The notes beneath the pieces are model-generated. The model was not told the DNA's origin, did not search any database, and saw only the letters and a program-made list of their open reading frames with translations. Positions 61,791 to 64,000 of a stretch of 64,000 bases of DNA are shown in pieces; position 1 is the stretch's first letter, and each line of letters opens with the position of its first letter. The stretch is from an uncultured Alistipes sp. (lineage in GTDB: Bacteria; Bacteroidota; Bacteroidia; Bacteroidales; Rikenellaceae). The position numbers and the translations under genes are program-made. The stretch is taken from NCBI GenBank assembly GCA_964519525.1, contig CAZFIN010000001.1, forward strand, positions 2,532 to 66,531, written 5' to 3'.

Positions 61791-62397
61791 TTAATTATTT
61801 CCAACGAATCTACCAGTAGATATATTGATACCTTTTACTGCAAGATCTTGAAGATAATCCTCATGTCAAGTGATAATGAGCAGTTATCTACATACCACGT
61901 ATCGAATACAAATTTTATGTCCATGTAATGTTATTTCTTCCATTGACCTGCGTCCAACCGATAATGCCGAGACGCACTTCGTGGCGTCGAGCCTATTCTG
62001 GAATATCAAAGGTCAAGATAACGAGGCAATAACGGACGAGGCCCAATCAGCGACATGTCGCCTTTCAGCACGCTCCATAGCCGCAGCAGTTCATCAAGAG
62101 ATGTCTTCTGATAATATTGCCTATTTTTGTTATCCTTTGCTCATTCGGCAGCAACACTCCACTCGCATCGCACTCGTTAGTCATTGATTTGAACTTAACT
62201 ACCTTGAAAATCTCTCCATCTCTTCCAGGCCGTTCCTGAAAGAAGAAAACTCCCGCATCCTTATTGGCAAAGTGAAGCAAAAATATCATTGCTATCAAAG
62301 GTACTGATAGAAATAACAACACTCCACCAGAAACAACGATATCAACTGGCCGTTTGAATAAAGATCTATAAAGTTCATATATATTAATAATTATCAA
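61791..62397 (-). pseudogene. Initiating sugar transferase (PglC-like) pseudogene
   Basis: FFQERPG, KFKSMT, then frameshifted LDELL...[25 protein letters not shown] with further breaks. Confidence 0.88.
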
Positions 62398-62405
62398 GGA
62401 AACAA

Positions 62406-63587
62406 CTATTTATTCAGCAATCTATTGTCTATATCTTGCTTTAGGCGCTTATAAATGGATGCCGTATCTAATTCACTATTTATCAATTTAATTATGTTTC
62501 TTGATAAATCTAATTTTATCGTAGACCAGTTGACAATAGCTTTGTATAACATTTTATTAAATGTTTTTGAATTGAAATTATAACCAATTTTATAATTATC
62601 GATCATTTGAGCAGTTTCACCAGGTAGATTATTTAACACAAAGCATCCGGTAGCAACATAATCATTAAATTTATAGCTGTGCACAACCAAAGTACCCTCT
62701 TTAAATGAATTTATAGCAATATCACAATAAGAAAGATATTTCAACAAATCTTTATAAGCAAGCCTGCCTGTAATCTCAGCATTAAGGTTGTATTTTTGCG
62801 CATACTCATTAATATATCCAGCTTTCTCTCCATCCCCGACAAACCACATTTTGTATGGAAACTTTTTTTCTTGAAGCATTTTGAGCCCTTTAAGAATGAC
62901 ATCAAAATCATAACTCTGACCGAGAGAACCGCCATACGCTATCCATATTTCATTGTCCGGTTTCTTTATCATTACATTAGATTCAGCAATAAGCTGTATA
63001 ATAGTACTATTATCTACTCCAAGATAAGTGTAAGAATGTGGAACTAATGGATTATGCACATGAGCAATTTCTGAATACTTTTTTGATTCCCCTGAAATGT
63101 AATCGGCCATTTTATAAGCCTTATGAGTCATAAATCTCCAAGGAGATACCATAATATCAATCATTTTTTTGAATGGTACTATAGGTATCAGTGAATCAGG
63201 CCATAGATCTATTACATCTATTACAAAAGGGATCTTATACTTTTTACAATATTTCCCGGCGATGTATGCCGCACTTGAAGTAGGCATTGCGCAATAAACC
63301 AAATCTGGATGGTTCTCAAGATTTTTTAGGTACTTTTTTAAGGAAAGTGCAAATTTTAAATGACTATATATTCTACCGAAAGATAAATTTTTTTTATAAG
63401 CAGGGACGTGTAATCGTATACGATTAGTTAGAAAAGCTATATCGGATTCGGAGCAATACTGTTTTTTACCATGGTTAAAATCTGTAGTAACTGCAAAGAC
63501 ATTATCCGACGCAAATGTATTACGGGCAATCTTACCAAGACGACCTGACTGGGATAGACCGAATACTGATATAAGTAATACGTTCAT
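62406..63587 (-). CDS. GT4 glycosyltransferase
   Basis: DVIDLWPDS, YGGSLGQSYD, VGDG, KFNDY. Confidence 0.88.
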   Translation of the reverse strand: MNVLLISVFGLSQSGRLGKIARNTFASDNVFAVTTDFNHGKKQYCSESDIAFLTNRIRLHVPAYKKNLSFGRIYSHLKFALSLKKYLKNLENHPDLVYCAMPTSSAAYIAGKYCKKYKIPFVIDVIDLWPDSLIPIVPFKKMIDIMVSPWRFMTHKAYKMADYISGESKKYSEIAHVHNPLVPHSYTYLGVDNSTIIQLIAESNVMIKKPDNEIWIAYGGSLGQSYDFDVILKGLKMLQEKKFPYKMWFVGDGEKAGYINEYAQKYNLNAEITGRLAYKDLLKYLSYCDIAINSFKEGTLVVHSYKFNDYVATGCFVLNNLPGETAQMIDNYKIGYNFNSKTFNKMLYKAIVNWSTIKLDLSRNIIKLINSELDTASIYKRLKQDIDNRLLNK

Positions 63588-64000
63588 TGCTGAAGTAGAT
63601 GTCTACGTGAATACAGTCGTTTAATAATCTGAAATATAAACCGGAGACGACGGTAATAGGCTATAAATAATAGCGAATATGGATTTTTCCCAGTGGTCGC
63701 ATTTGCTCCATGTCTTCTGTATCCAATCAGCGATTCTGAAATGAATTTTACATAATGTAGTTTGTAAGATATTAGTCCAATACATAAATCATACGGGGAT
63801 GCTAGGAAATGGTAAGATTAATTCCATGTGTGCTTTTGTAAAAACCATGTAACAGCCGATGTAGGGATTGTGTAGTATAACTTCTTAAATGGATATCGAG
63901 TAAAATTTTCTTTTACTACATATCTCCCCTCTATATTTCTTTCTCCGTCAATAATTATCCTGTTACATATTACGCACTCCGTGTTATCTGAATCAAGAAT
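63584..64000 (-). pseudogene. GT2 glycosyltransferase 3' part with frameshifts
   Basis: HNPYIGC, LILPFP, YDLCIG, LIGYRRHGAN; motifs are split over different frames. Confidence 0.7.

Larger units (their letters stand above)
39792..64000. mobile_element. Low-GC polysaccharide island starting at the 3' end of tRNA-Ser (right boundary outside the window)
   Basis: Abrupt GC drop, att-like motifs, gene remnants, transposase remnant. Confidence 0.65.

Overview
Chromosomal window from a high-GC Bacteroidales organism. It is Alistipes/Rikenellaceae-like by gene content and TAnnTTTG promoters (inference). Positions 1-39.8 kb are GC-rich core genome: lepA (partial), a UbiA prenyltransferase, pheT, GH20/GH78/GH76 glycosidases, mazG, a LytS/LytTR system with its probable targets, nupG, tRNA-Gln, a cobalamin riboswitch with a btuH-btuG-btuB-like operon, rarA, clpC, an orphan tyrosine recombinase, HU and tRNA-Ser. 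Immediately after tRNA-Ser the GC content drops and a polysaccharide island begins. It holds one nearly intact UpxY-led Wzx/Wzy locus (40.8-60.6 kb, minus strand), a decayed transposase, and the 3' end of a second, decaying locus. Most notable observations: (1) five exactly phased 21-bp palindromic AT-rich repeats at 19523-19627, between two convergent terminators, where the GC skew appears to flip (candidate non-canonical oriC); (2) a dehydratase-DegT-GNAT-DegT cassette whose second DegT has Arg in place of the PLP lysine; (3) homopolymer-linked frameshifts in polysaccharide-modifying genes; (4) three copies of an ~80-bp structured intergenic repeat. All calls come from reading the sequence by eye; no database searches were run.
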